The notes under the pieces: model-generated
What the model was told of the DNA's origin: nothing
Seen by the model: the letters and a program-made list of their open reading frames with translations, nothing else
The model's database searches: none
DNA from: Alphaproteobacteria bacterium
GTDB taxonomy: Bacteria; Pseudomonadota; Alphaproteobacteria; UBA7985
DNA: 64,000 nucleotides
Direction: 5' to 3'
Assembly: GCA_965229645.1 (NCBI GenBank)
Contig: OZ245893.1
Location: 534,965-598,964 of the forward strand
Shown: one piece after another, positions 10,610-20,350 of the stretch
Numbering within the stretch: the first letter of the stretch is position 1
How the letters are laid out: the number at the start of each line of letters is the position of its first letter
Translations under genes and position numbers: made by a program

Positions 10610-10804
10610 ATACCAGCGGCGACTGAAAATGACTCTTATGTTCGCTGGTATAAGGGCCGCGACTGCGGCCCCCGTAGCGGCCCCGAGAATAGCGCGAAAG
10701 CGCCTCGGGGTAAAGCGAAGGCCCCGTCGGAGGCGAAACGCGAAGCGTTTCTGCCGTGAGACATAAAACGGGCAAAAAAGTGTCAACTTTTTTGCCCGCT
10801 GGTA
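10610..10804 (+). mobile_element. MITE-like repeat, copy A (195 bp, flanked by TA...TA)
   Basis: ATACCAGCG...CGCTGGTA; near-identical to four other copies in the window. Confidence 0.9.
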
Positions 10805-10861
10805 TAAGGGGATACGAGCCTTTTCTTACCCCGTGCGTGATCATGTGCGGTGAGGTTGAAG

Positions 10862-11065
10862 CGTCGATTTTGGGGTGGCCACCCCAAAATCGACGGCGGG
10901 GCTGGATCAAGTGTGTCTAGGCGCTGCGTTGCAGGCACCGTTCGTGAGTTTGATCACCCCGTCTTTCCTCCAAGTGGCCTGAATGGATACTAAGAAGCCA
11001 CCTGAGCGTCCCGTATGACAAGAAACGGAACGGAAAGACATCCTTCCTTACCATCGGAATTGGTG
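10862..11065 (-). ncRNA. Candidate structured RNA (sRNA or mttB leader)
   Basis: Three-way junction, second stem-loop and a 34-bp palindrome; three mismatches become G-U pairs only on the minus strand; TTGACA at 11099-11094. Confidence 0.4.
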
Positions 11066-11095
11066 TTTCAAAAGCCCCATTTGAAATTTTTTGTG

Positions 11096-11947
11096 TCAAA
11101 TAGCCAAAACTGGCGCTGGCCCTGTTGCTATGGGTGTCATGGCGGCGGGGTCGCCCCATTGGGCCCAGGACCCGTCGAAGACGCGCACGCTTGCCGCGCC
11201 GCGACGTTCGAGGGCAAGGGCCAAGCCCGCGGCGGTAATGCCAGAACCACAAGTGGTGATGAGGGGGCGACGCAGATCAACGCCGCCTAGGTCAAAGGTT
11301 TGGCTGAATCGACCTTCCTCCACGACCGCATTGTACGGTAAGTTGAGCGATCCAGGGATGTGGCCGCCGCGCAGCCCTGGCCGAGGTTCGGGGTCCATAC
11401 CCTGAAAACGGCCTGGCGGTCGGGCGTCAACGATTTGGAGGTTGGGGTCGAGGGACAGATGTTCAACGATTGAGGACATGGGGCAAACGTCGCGGAGGGG
11501 TTTGGGCAAGGGGGTCGCCGTCTTGGGTGGGGCAGGCGCGACGACCTGGGTCCCAGGTACGGTCGCCAATCCCGCCGCTTCCCAGGCAGGCAACCCCCCT
11601 GCGAGCAAGTAGATCGGGTCTTCAACGCCGCGCTTACTCAGCTCCCAGGCTAGGCGCGGCGCGGAAAAGAGACCGAGTTGATCGTAAACGCAAATCGGTT
11701 GGCCGCGTTCCCACCCCGTACCCGCCCAAAAGTGCGCGAAAACGTGATCTGGCGCGAACATGTGCGGCAGGGTTGAATGCGGATCGGCGCAGGCGTTGAT
11801 GTCCCAGAATTTGGCCCCTGGAATGGCCCCGTGCGCGAACTGTCGGCGTGCCTTCGCCGTGCCGCCGTCCAGGTAGTAGGACGCATCAAGAATCAAGCAG
11901 GCGTCGAGGGCGGCGAGGTCAGGGGGGGTCAGAAATTCTATAGCCAT
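11096..11947 (-). CDS. sseA: 3-mercaptopyruvate sulfurtransferase (tandem rhodanese)
   Basis: IPGA, DARP..RF, GHIPGS, CGSGITA and FDGSWAQWG motifs. Confidence 0.9.
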   Translation of the reverse strand: MAIEFLTPPDLAALDACLILDASYYLDGGTAKARRQFAHGAIPGAKFWDINACADPHSTLPHMFAPDHVFAHFWAGTGWERGQPICVYDQLGLFSAPRLAWELSKRGVEDPIYLLAGGLPAWEAAGLATVPGTQVVAPAPPKTATPLPKPLRDVCPMSSIVEHLSLDPNLQIVDARPPGRFQGMDPEPRPGLRGGHIPGSLNLPYNAVVEEGRFSQTFDLGGVDLRRPLITTCGSGITAAGLALALERRGAASVRVFDGSWAQWGDPAAMTPIATGPAPVLAI

Positions 11948-12933
11948 GGCGGGATCGGCAGCCCTTTGCTTTCGAGGAAGGCCCTATTGAAAAGTTTGGA
12001 CGCGTAGCGCGCGCCGTGGTCGCAGAGGATGGTCACAATTGTGTGGCCAGGCCCCAGGGCGCGCGCCACGGCGATTGCGCCCGCCACGTTGAGCGCGCCC
12101 GACCCGCCCAGGCAAAGCCCCTCCTGCGTCAGCAGGTCGATCAAGACCTGCATCATGGTTGTGTCGGGCAAATTGAAGGCGAGGTCGGGGCGAAACCCCT
12201 CCAGATTCGCGGTGATGCGCCCCTGGCCGATGCCTTCGGTGATCGAGGACTTGCCGTTGGTCTTGAGCGTACCTTCGCTATAGTACCCATAGAGGGCCGC
12301 CCCGTCGGGATCGACGAGGCCGACGCGGACCCCGCGTTCTTGCAAAAAACTGCCCGCGCCTGCGAGGGTTCCCCCTGAGCCGACAGCGCAGATAAACCCA
12401 TCGACGCGTCCCTCGGTCGCCGCCCAGATTTCGGGGCCCGTCGTGCTGTAGTGCGCGTCGCGATTATCCCGATTGTCGAATTGATTGGCCCAAAACGCCG
12501 TGCCAGGGGCGGCTGCATTCATGTCCTCGGCCAAGCGCCGACTGGCATGGACATAGTTGCCAGGGTCTTTGAACGGGACGGCGGGAACTTCGATCAATTC
12601 GCCGCCGTAGAGGCGAACCGCGTTCTTTTTTTCCGCGCTTTGGGTCTCGGGGATCACAATTTTGCACTTATAGCCACGGGCACAGGCCACCATGGCCAGG
12701 GCGATGCCCGTGTTTCCCGCCGTGCCCTCGACGAGGGTCGCACCAGGTCGCAAGTCCCCGCGCGCCTCCGCACCCTCGACGATCGCCAGGGCGGCGCGGT
12801 CCTTCACGCTGCCGCCAGGGTTCATCATTTCGGCCTTGCCAAGGATGGTGCAGCCCGTTTGCGCGCTGGGGCCTTCCAACTTGATCAGGGGCGTTTGACC
12901 AATGGCGGCGAGGGTATTGCGTCTAAACTTCAT
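11938..12933 (-). CDS. cysK: Cysteine synthase A
   Basis: NPGGSVKDR (PLP lysine), EGTAGNTG, GSGGT, TEGIG; true start MKFRRN at 12933, since the ORF-track extension is repeat-derived. Confidence 0.9.
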   Translation of the reverse strand: MKFRRNTLAAIGQTPLIKLEGPSAQTGCTILGKAEMMNPGGSVKDRAALAIVEGAEARGDLRPGATLVEGTAGNTGIALAMVACARGYKCKIVIPETQSAEKKNAVRLYGGELIEVPAVPFKDPGNYVHASRRLAEDMNAAAPGTAFWANQFDNRDNRDAHYSTTGPEIWAATEGRVDGFICAVGSGGTLAGAGSFLQERGVRVGLVDPDGAALYGYYSEGTLKTNGKSSITEGIGQGRITANLEGFRPDLAFNLPDTTMMQVLIDLLTQEGLCLGGSGALNVAGAIAVARALGPGHTIVTILCDHGARYASKLFNRAFLESKGLPIPPWL

Positions 12934-12943
12934 ATCTTGCTTA

Positions 12944-13191
12944 TACAAACGGCCAAAAAAGTTGACACTTTTTTTGGCCGTTTTGTGTCTCACGGCAGAA
13001 ACGCTTCGCGTTTCGGCTTTTTTGGGTTGCGGTCTCTACTCGCTCGCTCCGCTTACTCAGCCCGACCGCAGGACGGGGCCTTCGCTTATACCCCGAGGCG
13101 CTTTCTTAGCTTGTCTCGGGGCCGCTGCGGGGGCCGCAGTCGCGGCCCTTATATCAGCGACATAGGAGTCATTCTGGGTCGCCGCTGGTAT
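12944..13191 (-). mobile_element. MITE-like repeat, copy B (248-bp long variant, flanked by TA...TA)
   Basis: Reverse-oriented copy with an extra ~55-bp internal hairpin module; inserted in the hemH TAA stop codon. Confidence 0.9.
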
Positions 13192-14204
13192 TATAGCCAC
13201 CCAGCGAGGTTGCGACGAACCAAAGTTTCAATCAGGTCGATGGCGGCATCGCTGGCGTTGAGGCAGGACAGGGCGGCAAAATGCGTGCCGCCGTTGGCGT
13301 GCCATTCTTCGGCGAGGCCAATCCCCACCTCCTCCAGCGTTTCCAAACAATCGACCGAAAACCCGGGCATGGTGACGGCGACCCTTCGCATCCCCGCCTT
13401 GGCATGCGCCGCAAGGGTTTTGTCGGTATAGGGCTGGAGCCATTCGGCGGGGCCGAAGCGCGATTGAAACGTCACCTCAAGCGGCGGCGCGTCTTTGGGC
13501 AATCGCTCGGCCAGCAAACGGGTCGTCTTATGGCACAGGCAATGGTAGGGGTCGCCTTTGATCAGGTAGGATTTGGGCACGCCGTGGTAGGAGGTGATGA
13601 GGCGTTCGGGGTCAAAGTCCAAGCCCTCAAGTTGCCGCAAGGTGTCGCTTGCGAGAGCGTCGATATAGGCGGGATCGTCGTGATAGGCGGGCAGAGTGCG
13701 CACGGCAGGCTGCCAGCGCAAGGCCATGAGGCAGCGGAATACTTGGTCGTAGGCGGTGGCGGTCGTTGAGGCCGCGTATTGCGGGTAGAGGGCGGCGCAC
13801 AAAATTTGTTGGCACCCCGCCGCAACCAAGTGCTGCACCGCGCTGCGGGTCGAGGGGTTGCCGTAGCGCATCCCGACGGCGACTTCGACCTCGGGCAGGC
13901 GCATGCGCAAGGCCTCGGCTTGATCGAGGCTAATCAGGCGCAAGGGACTGTCGCCGCGCTGGCGATCCCAAATCTCGGCGTAGGCACGGCCTGACTTGCG
14001 TGGACGAAAGGTCAGGATCGGACCGTAGAGGATGGGCAGCCACAGGGCGCGCGGCAGGTCGATCACGCGCCGATCGGACAAAAATTCCCGAAGATAGCGC
14101 CACATGGCCGCAAATCCCGTGCCGTCGGGGGTGCCAAGATTGAGCAGCAAGACCCCCGTCTTGGGCGCTTTGACAGGGGGATGGTCAGCGGGCAAGCGTG
14201 GCAT
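13191..14204 (-). CDS. hemH: Ferrochelatase
   Basis: LLNLGTP, LYPQY, SYHG, FQSRFG, WLQPYT and DCLETLEE motifs. Confidence 0.95.
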   Translation of the reverse strand: MPRLPADHPPVKAPKTGVLLLNLGTPDGTGFAAMWRYLREFLSDRRVIDLPRALWLPILYGPILTFRPRKSGRAYAEIWDRQRGDSPLRLISLDQAEALRMRLPEVEVAVGMRYGNPSTRSAVQHLVAAGCQQILCAALYPQYAASTTATAYDQVFRCLMALRWQPAVRTLPAYHDDPAYIDALASDTLRQLEGLDFDPERLITSYHGVPKSYLIKGDPYHCLCHKTTRLLAERLPKDAPPLEVTFQSRFGPAEWLQPYTDKTLAAHAKAGMRRVAVTMPGFSVDCLETLEEVGIGLAEEWHANGGTHFAALSCLNASDAAIDLIETLVRRNLAGWL

Positions 14205-14289
14205 GGGCCCTAACTAGCGTCGCCCGAACGGATAGCAAGACGCCACCAATTTGTTGCGGATGCGCGGCCGAGAGTTTAGGTCAGGCCGA

Positions 14290-14485
14290 ATACCAGCGGC
14301 GATTGAGAAGGGCTCTTTTGTTCGCTGGTATAAGGGCCGCGACTGCGGCCCCCGTAGCGGCCCCGAGAATAGCGGACACGCGCCTCGGGGTATAAGCGAA
14401 GGCCCCGTCGGAGGCGAAACGCGACGCGTTTCTGCCGCGAGACATAAAACGGCCTTAAAAACGACAGTTTTTAGGGCCGTTGGTT
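14290..14485 (+). mobile_element. MITE-like repeat, copy C (most diverged)
   Basis: ATACCAGCG...CGTTGGTT in the hemH/mgtE divergent region; flanks GA/TA. Confidence 0.85.
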
Positions 14486-14500
14486 TAGGAGGGAACGATT

Positions 14501-15925
14501 ATGGATCCAGCGAATACCAAGGTCCTGGAGTCCGACACAGGCGTGGAGGACACCCAGGCGTTGATCCGGGAAAAAACGCCCGCCCAACGCCTGGTTGGTT
14601 TGGTGCGTCAGGCGGTGCAGGAAGGGTTGCTGGCCGACTTGCGGTCCAACCTCGCCGCCCTGCACCCCGCCGACTTTGCCGACCTGATCGAATACCTAGA
14701 CCGCGAGGACCGCCGAGCTCTGGTCGATCAAGTCGGAGAAATGTTTGTGCCCGAGGTCTTGGCCGAACTGCATGAGGATGTGCGCGAGGCGGTTGTGGAC
14801 TGGTTGCCCGATCAGGTGGTTCAGACGGCGTTGCAAGCGCTCGAGGTCGGGGAAGCCGCCGAAATCGCCGAAGAGTTGAGCGCGGCGGACCGCAGCAAGT
14901 ACCTAGAGGGGATGGAAGCGGGGGACCGCGCCGCCCTAGATCAGACCTTGGCCTACCCCGAATACTCGGCGGGTCGCCTGATGACCCGAGATTTTGTGGT
15001 GGTCCCCCAGGGTTGGACCGTGGGCCAAGCCATCGATTTTTTGCGCGCCGAGGACAGTGAGGAACTGCCCAAGGATTTCTATCTGGTCTATTTGGTCGAC
15101 CCTGGCCATCGCCCCGTCGCGGCGGTGACGCTGAGCCGTATCATGCGCGAACCGCGCGCAGCAAGGCTAGAGGCCTTGGCCCTTGCGGAATTGCGCTCTT
15201 TCGTGCCTACCTTCGATCAAGAGGACTTGGCCTTCAAGTTTCGTCAGTACGGCCTGGTCGAGGCCCCTGTGGTCATGGAAGGGACGGGTCAGATCCTCGG
15301 CGTCGTGCGCGTCGATGATGTGATTGAGGTCATAGAGGAAGAGGCGGAGGACGACCTCCTAAAGCTGGTCGGCCTTCGCGGCGGCGAGCTCGACGTTCAA
15401 GAAAGCTGGTGGCGCACCTCGCGCTCGCGCTTTGTTTGGCTGTTCGTCAACTTGATCACGGTGGTCATCGCCGCCGCCGTGATCGCACAATTTTCGGACT
15501 TGATCGAGGCCTACGGCACCTTGGCGGTGTTGTTGCCCATCGTCGCGTCCATGGGCGGAAACTCGGGCACGCAGACTCTGGCGGTGGCGGTCCGCGGCCT
15601 GGCGACCAAGGAACTTTCCCTGCAAAACGCTGGCGTCTTTGTGCGCAAAGAACTGCTGGTCGGCCTGATGAATGGCTTGGCCTTCGCCGTCCTTACCGCG
15701 GCGGCGGTCATGGCGATTTACGGTGAACCTGCGCTCGCCCTCACAATCGCCCTTGCGATGGTGTTGAACTTGATCGTCGCGCCCTTGTCGGGGACCCTGA
15801 TTCCCATAGCCCTTGAGCGCCAAGGGATTGACCCTGCTAATGCCAGTACAGTTTTTTTGACCACCATTACCGATGTGGTCGGCTTTTTTGCCTTCCTGGG
15901 GTTGGCGGGTCTCCTGTTTCTTTAG
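14501..15925 (+). CDS. mgtE: Magnesium transporter MgtE
   Basis: LHPAD, SAGRLM (CBS pair), SMGGNSGTQ, IDPA and TTITDVVG motifs. Confidence 0.95.
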   Translation: MDPANTKVLESDTGVEDTQALIREKTPAQRLVGLVRQAVQEGLLADLRSNLAALHPADFADLIEYLDREDRRALVDQVGEMFVPEVLAELHEDVREAVVDWLPDQVVQTALQALEVGEAAEIAEELSAADRSKYLEGMEAGDRAALDQTLAYPEYSAGRLMTRDFVVVPQGWTVGQAIDFLRAEDSEELPKDFYLVYLVDPGHRPVAAVTLSRIMREPRAARLEALALAELRSFVPTFDQEDLAFKFRQYGLVEAPVVMEGTGQILGVVRVDDVIEVIEEEAEDDLLKLVGLRGGELDVQESWWRTSRSRFVWLFVNLITVVIAAAVIAQFSDLIEAYGTLAVLLPIVASMGGNSGTQTLAVAVRGLATKELSLQNAGVFVRKELLVGLMNGLAFAVLTAAAVMAIYGEPALALTIALAMVLNLIVAPLSGTLIPIALERQGIDPANASTVFLTTITDVVGFFAFLGLAGLLFL

Positions 15926-15979
15926 GCACATGGCGCAAAAGACCTGACATCTTGAGGAACTCGCGTATAGAATGGCCCT

Positions 15980-16570
15980 ATGCAACAAACGATCGACTTC
16001 TATTTCGACTTTTCCTCCCCCTACGCCTACTTCGCCAGCTTGTTTGTCGATGACTTAGGCGTGGAAACGCGCTGGGTTCCCTACTTAATGGGCGTCGCCA
16101 TGAAGGAAACGGGCCTGCCTGCCTTGATCGAGATTCCGTACAAGCGGGACTATGCCTTGCGCGATATTCAGCGCACTGCACGGCTTTACGATGTGGCCTT
16201 TTCGATTCCAGACTACTTTCCGTTCAGTTCCGTTGCGGTGTGCCGTGCCTTCTATGCGCTGGAACAAAGCCAGGGGCATGCTGTTGCCAAGGCGTTCGCG
16301 GCCAAGGCCATGGTCGCCGCCTGGAGCGGCGGTGGCATCGATTTGCGAGACCCGTCGGTTCTTGCCAATCTCTCTGGAGTCGCGGACCTTGCCCATGCCC
16401 TCCAAGATCAGACCATTAAGGACAAGCTGCGCGATGTGACCGCACACGCCATGGCGCGGGGGTGCTGGGGGTCTCCGCACTTTTTCGTCAACTCGGGCGA
16501 GACTTCAGAGCATTTTTGGGGGTGCGATACGCGTTGGCAAGTGCAGAAGTGGTTGGAGCGGCCTTGGTGA
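15980..16570 (+). CDS. DsbA-like 2-hydroxychromene-2-carboxylate isomerase / GST-kappa family protein
   Basis: [21 protein letters not shown] and FWG.D motifs. Confidence 0.85.
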   Translation: MQQTIDFYFDFSSPYAYFASLFVDDLGVETRWVPYLMGVAMKETGLPALIEIPYKRDYALRDIQRTARLYDVAFSIPDYFPFSSVAVCRAFYALEQSQGHAVAKAFAAKAMVAAWSGGGIDLRDPSVLANLSGVADLAHALQDQTIKDKLRDVTAHAMARGCWGSPHFFVNSGETSEHFWGCDTRWQVQKWLERPW

Positions 16571-17940
16571 CGCACCCTGAACCAGCCTCGCGGCCTATGC
16601 GCCAGGCCCCGTCCCTCGACACGCAGGGGGCAGGGTATCAGCCTGGATTCGGCAATGACTTTGAAACCGAGGCGTTGCCAGGGGCGCTGCCGCAAGGGCG
16701 CAATAGCCCGCAACGACCCGCCTATGGGCTTTACGCCGAACAGCTCTCGGGCACCGCGTTCACCGCCCCGCGTGGCCACAATGAACGCACCTGGTGCTAC
16801 CGCCTGCGCCCCTCGGTGCGGCATGTCGGGGAGATGCGGCGCCTTGACATGCCAGGCTGGAAGACGGCGCCCCACATCCTGGACGATTTGACATCGCTGG
16901 GCCAGTATCGCTGGGACCCAGTTCCCTATGGCAGTGAGGATCAGACCTTCATCACGGGATTGCGCACCATGACGACGGCGGGGGATGTCAATACCCAGAT
17001 CGGCATGGCCGCGCATGTGTATGTGGCCTCGGCGTCCATGATCGACGACTATTTCTATTCTGCGGACAGCGAATTGCTGGTCGTCCCTCAGGAAGGACGG
17101 CTGCGGTTTTTGACTGAGTTGGGGATCCTCGACCTCGAGCCTCAAGAAGTCGCCCTGATCCCGCGCGGGCTCGTGTATCGGGTTGAGGTCGTGGACGGGC
17201 CTGCGCGCGGCTTTGTCTGCGAAAACTACGGTCAGACTTTCGATTTGCCCAATCGGGGGCCCATAGGGGCCAATTGCCTCGCCAATCCGCGCGATTTCAA
17301 GACGCCTGTTGCCGCCTTTGAGGATCGCGAACAATCCTCTTCGGTCACCATCAAATGGTGCGGCCAGTTCCATCAATCTTGGATTGGCCATTCCCCCCTC
17401 GACGTCGTGGCCTGGCACGGCAACTATGCCCCGTGCAAGTACGATTTGCGGACCTTTAGCCCCGTCGGCGCCCTCTTGTTCGACCATCCTGATCCGTCGA
17501 TTTTCACCGTTCTCACCGCGCCGTCGGGGGTGGCGGGAACGGCCAATATCGACTTTGTGCTGTTTCGCGATCGCTGGATGGTGGCCGAAGATACGTTTCG
17601 CCCGCCTTGGTACCACAAGAATATCATGTCCGAACTCATGGGCAATATCCACGGCATCTACGATGCCAAACCCGAAGGTTTTGTGCCAGGCGGCCTGTCC
17701 TTGCACAACATGATGCTGCCGCACGGCCCCGATCGCGCGGCCTTTGAGAAAGCGAGCGCCGAGCCCCTGCATCCTGCATTTTTGGCCGACACCATGTCTT
17801 TCATGTTTGAAACGCGCTTTCCCCAACACTTGACCGAATTTGCCGCCAAACACGCGCCGCTGCAAAAGACCTACAGCCAGTGCTGGGCGGACTTGGAGAA
17901 GCGATTTACGGGGCCTCGCGATGGGGGCACAAAGCCGTGA
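16567..17940 (+). CDS. hmgA: Homogentisate 1,2-dioxygenase
   Basis: [38 protein letters not shown] and PHGPD motifs; start GTG 16567 (GTGA overlap) or ATG 16597. Confidence 0.95.
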   Translation: MTHPEPASRPMRQAPSLDTQGAGYQPGFGNDFETEALPGALPQGRNSPQRPAYGLYAEQLSGTAFTAPRGHNERTWCYRLRPSVRHVGEMRRLDMPGWKTAPHILDDLTSLGQYRWDPVPYGSEDQTFITGLRTMTTAGDVNTQIGMAAHVYVASASMIDDYFYSADSELLVVPQEGRLRFLTELGILDLEPQEVALIPRGLVYRVEVVDGPARGFVCENYGQTFDLPNRGPIGANCLANPRDFKTPVAAFEDREQSSSVTIKWCGQFHQSWIGHSPLDVVAWHGNYAPCKYDLRTFSPVGALLFDHPDPSIFTVLTAPSGVAGTANIDFVLFRDRWMVAEDTFRPPWYHKNIMSELMGNIHGIYDAKPEGFVPGGLSLHNMMLPHGPDRAAFEKASAEPLHPAFLADTMSFMFETRFPQHLTEFAAKHAPLQKTYSQCWADLEKRFTGPRDGGTKP

Positions 17941-19196
17941 CCGCACGCTTGCAGTCGTGGGTCGAGAGCGCCAATAGCGCTCAAACAGATTTTCCCCTCA
18001 ACAACTTGCCCTACGGCGTGTTTTCCCTGGACGGGGAAACCCAAAGACGGTGCGGCGTCGCTATCGGCGATCAAGTGTTGGACCTTACCCACCTGGAGCG
18101 GCAGGGGGCGCTGACGCTGGGCGCGCCTTTGTTGCAATCGGGAACTTGGAACCCTCTCATGGCTGCAGGCCCTCTGGTGTGGAAACAACTGCGCGCTGAC
18201 CTGACCCAGGCCCTCTCAGTTGAAAACGACCGTCGCGAGGCGCTGGCCTCCGCCCTCGTTGCGGCCCAAGCGGTGCGGTTGCATCTGCCCTTCGCGGTGA
18301 GCGAATACACCGACTTTTACGCGAGCCGCCATCATGCCGAAAACGTCGGCACCATGTTTCGCGGCGCGGATCAGGCTTTGCCGCCCAACTGGCTCCATAT
18401 GCCGATCGGGTACAACGGGCGGGCCTCGTCGGTCTATGTGTCGGGCACGGACGTCGTTCGCCCGCACGGCCAGTTGAAACCGCCGACCCAATCTGCCCCA
18501 CATTTTGCGCCCTCGGCGCGGTTTGATTTTGAATTGGAACTGGGGGCCATCGTTGGCACGCCCTCGCGCGGGCCGCTGTCAGTGGCGCAAGCGGATCAGC
18601 ATATTTTTGGTTATGTGCTGCTCAACGACTGGTCGGCGCGCGACATTCAGGCCTGGGAGTATCAGCCTTTGGGACCGTTTCAGGCCAAGGCAACGGCCAC
18701 GAGCCTCAGCCCCTGGATCGTGACAGCGGCGGCTCTGGAGCCATTTCGGGTAGCCGCGCCTGCGCGCGAGCACGCCTTGTTGACGTACCTGGAAGAACCT
18801 GGACCCATGCTCTACGATATGGACCTTAGCGTGGATCTGCGGCTCGCGGGCACGACCAGCGCGCACCGCATTTGCGAGACCAACGCTCGGCATCTTTACT
18901 ATTCATCCGCGCAGCAACTTGCCCACCATAGCGCGAGCGGTTGCCCCATGCGGGTCGGCGATCTGCTCGGTTCTGGCACGATCTCGGGTCCCACACGTCC
19001 CGAATGGGGCAGCATGCTGGAATTGAGTTGGGGCGGGCAGCAACCGCTGAACCTTGGCCAGGCCACGCGCACATTCCTAGAGGACGGCGACCAAGTCACC
19101 TTGCAGGGCGCGGCGAGGGGCCCCGATTTTCGTGTTGGTTTCGGGGCCTGTTTAGGCACCGTCGTCCCTGCGCAGGCTTCCACGCGCGAACCATGA
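17937..19196 (+). CDS. fahA: Fumarylacetoacetase
   Basis: [40 protein letters not shown] and GSGTISG motifs. Confidence 0.95.
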   Translation: MTARLQSWVESANSAQTDFPLNNLPYGVFSLDGETQRRCGVAIGDQVLDLTHLERQGALTLGAPLLQSGTWNPLMAAGPLVWKQLRADLTQALSVENDRREALASALVAAQAVRLHLPFAVSEYTDFYASRHHAENVGTMFRGADQALPPNWLHMPIGYNGRASSVYVSGTDVVRPHGQLKPPTQSAPHFAPSARFDFELELGAIVGTPSRGPLSVAQADQHIFGYVLLNDWSARDIQAWEYQPLGPFQAKATATSLSPWIVTAAALEPFRVAAPAREHALLTYLEEPGPMLYDMDLSVDLRLAGTTSAHRICETNARHLYYSSAQQLAHHSASGCPMRVGDLLGSGTISGPTRPEWGSMLELSWGGQQPLNLGQATRTFLEDGDQVTLQGAARGPDFRVGFGACLGTVVPAQASTREP

Positions 19197-19366
19197 CGGC
19201 GGACGCCAAAGAAGCGGAGTCGGAGACTTGGCTGATCAGCAACGGGTTAATTTACGGCAATCGTCATGAAAGGGGCTCCATCTTTCAGGAATTGGTGTAA
19301 GGCTCTTGACGTTTGCACGTCAGGCAAAGGATGTCACAGGCGTGCCTTAGCTTTGGGAGACATGCC

Positions 19367-20320
19367 ATGAACAGAAGAAGTTTTATTTCAACCTCGGGCG
19401 CGCTGGGATTGTCGGCGACCTTACTACCCCACGCGGCGGGTGCGGCGGGCCTCGCGCAAGTCAGTGCGGTACAGAGATTCCGCGTTGGGGACTTTAGCGT
19501 TACCACCATATCTGACGGCTATTTGGATTTGGTCGCGGACCTTTTCCCCACCGTTGACCAGGGCAATTTCGACGCCGCGCTTGAACAAGCGTTCCTAAGG
19601 CCTGGTGCCTATCAGGCCGCCGTCAATGTCTTTGTCCTAGACGATGGTAAGGACGTTCATCTGATCGATGCGGGCGGCGGGCCTATGGCCCCGACCGTTG
19701 GGCAGATCGAAACGCATCTTTCGGCGGCAGGTTATGGCTCAGATCAGATTAAAACCCTCATCATGACGCATCTTCATCCCGACCATGTTGGCGGGGCGGT
19801 CAAGGACGGCGTGCCGCGTTTCGCAAATGCGGAAATGGTGGTTCACGGCGCTGACCTCGGGTTTTGGACCGATGCGGCCATCAAAGCGCAAGTTCCCGAT
19901 GACGTGCAGGTGTTCTTTGACATGGCGACTGCCGCCGTCACGACCTACGGGGATCGGGTGCGTCAATTTGATAGCGAGACCGAGATCGTCCCAGGCCTTC
20001 GCGCCATGCCTCTGCCTGGCCATACCCCAGGGCATACGGGCTATGTCTTAAGCTCAGGCGACGAAACGCTGATGATTTGGGGCGATATTGTCCATGCTGC
20101 GCCCGTGCAGTTGCCCAATCCTAGCGCCAGTATCGCCTTTGACATCGACGGCGCGGCGGCAGTTGCAACCCGCGCGCGGGTTTTGGACATGGTCGCGACG
20201 GATCGGCTCATGATTGCGGGAACCCATATGCCGTTTCCTGGTGTCGGTCACATTGTGAAGTCAGGCGATGGATATGGCTTTGAGCCTGCGTCGTGGCAAT
20301 ATTTGACGCAGCAAACTTAG
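19367..20320 (+). CDS. Tat-exported MBL-fold metallohydrolase (MPH/AHL-lactonase-like)
   Basis: MNRRSF twin-arginine signal; THLHPDH, GHTPGH and WGDIVH motifs. Confidence 0.85.
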   Translation: MNRRSFISTSGALGLSATLLPHAAGAAGLAQVSAVQRFRVGDFSVTTISDGYLDLVADLFPTVDQGNFDAALEQAFLRPGAYQAAVNVFVLDDGKDVHLIDAGGGPMAPTVGQIETHLSAAGYGSDQIKTLIMTHLHPDHVGGAVKDGVPRFANAEMVVHGADLGFWTDAAIKAQVPDDVQVFFDMATAAVTTYGDRVRQFDSETEIVPGLRAMPLPGHTPGHTGYVLSSGDETLMIWGDIVHAAPVQLPNPSASIAFDIDGAAAVATRARVLDMVATDRLMIAGTHMPFPGVGHIVKSGDGYGFEPASWQYLTQQT

Positions 20321-20350
20321 ACCCTAGCCTTGCGGGGGTCAGGGAGGTTG

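Noticed and set aside
10538-10910. Short ORFs sharing peptides such as RWYKGRDCGPRSGPEN (also 14251-14775 and 51870-52103)
   Set aside because: Translations of the dispersed repeat; starts, stops and frames are not conserved between copies
10896-11060. RNase P RNA, 6S RNA, or cobalamin, glycine or SAM riboswitch
   Set aside because: Only short look-alikes (GAGGAAAGAC, CGCTCAGG); the remaining conserved cores are missing, so it is kept as an unknown RNA candidate
16408-17946. Long antisense or alternate-frame ORFs (also 40844-41998, 44109-45113, 59012-60238)
   Set aside because: Shadows of well-supported genes in GC-rich DNA, with no recognisable motifs
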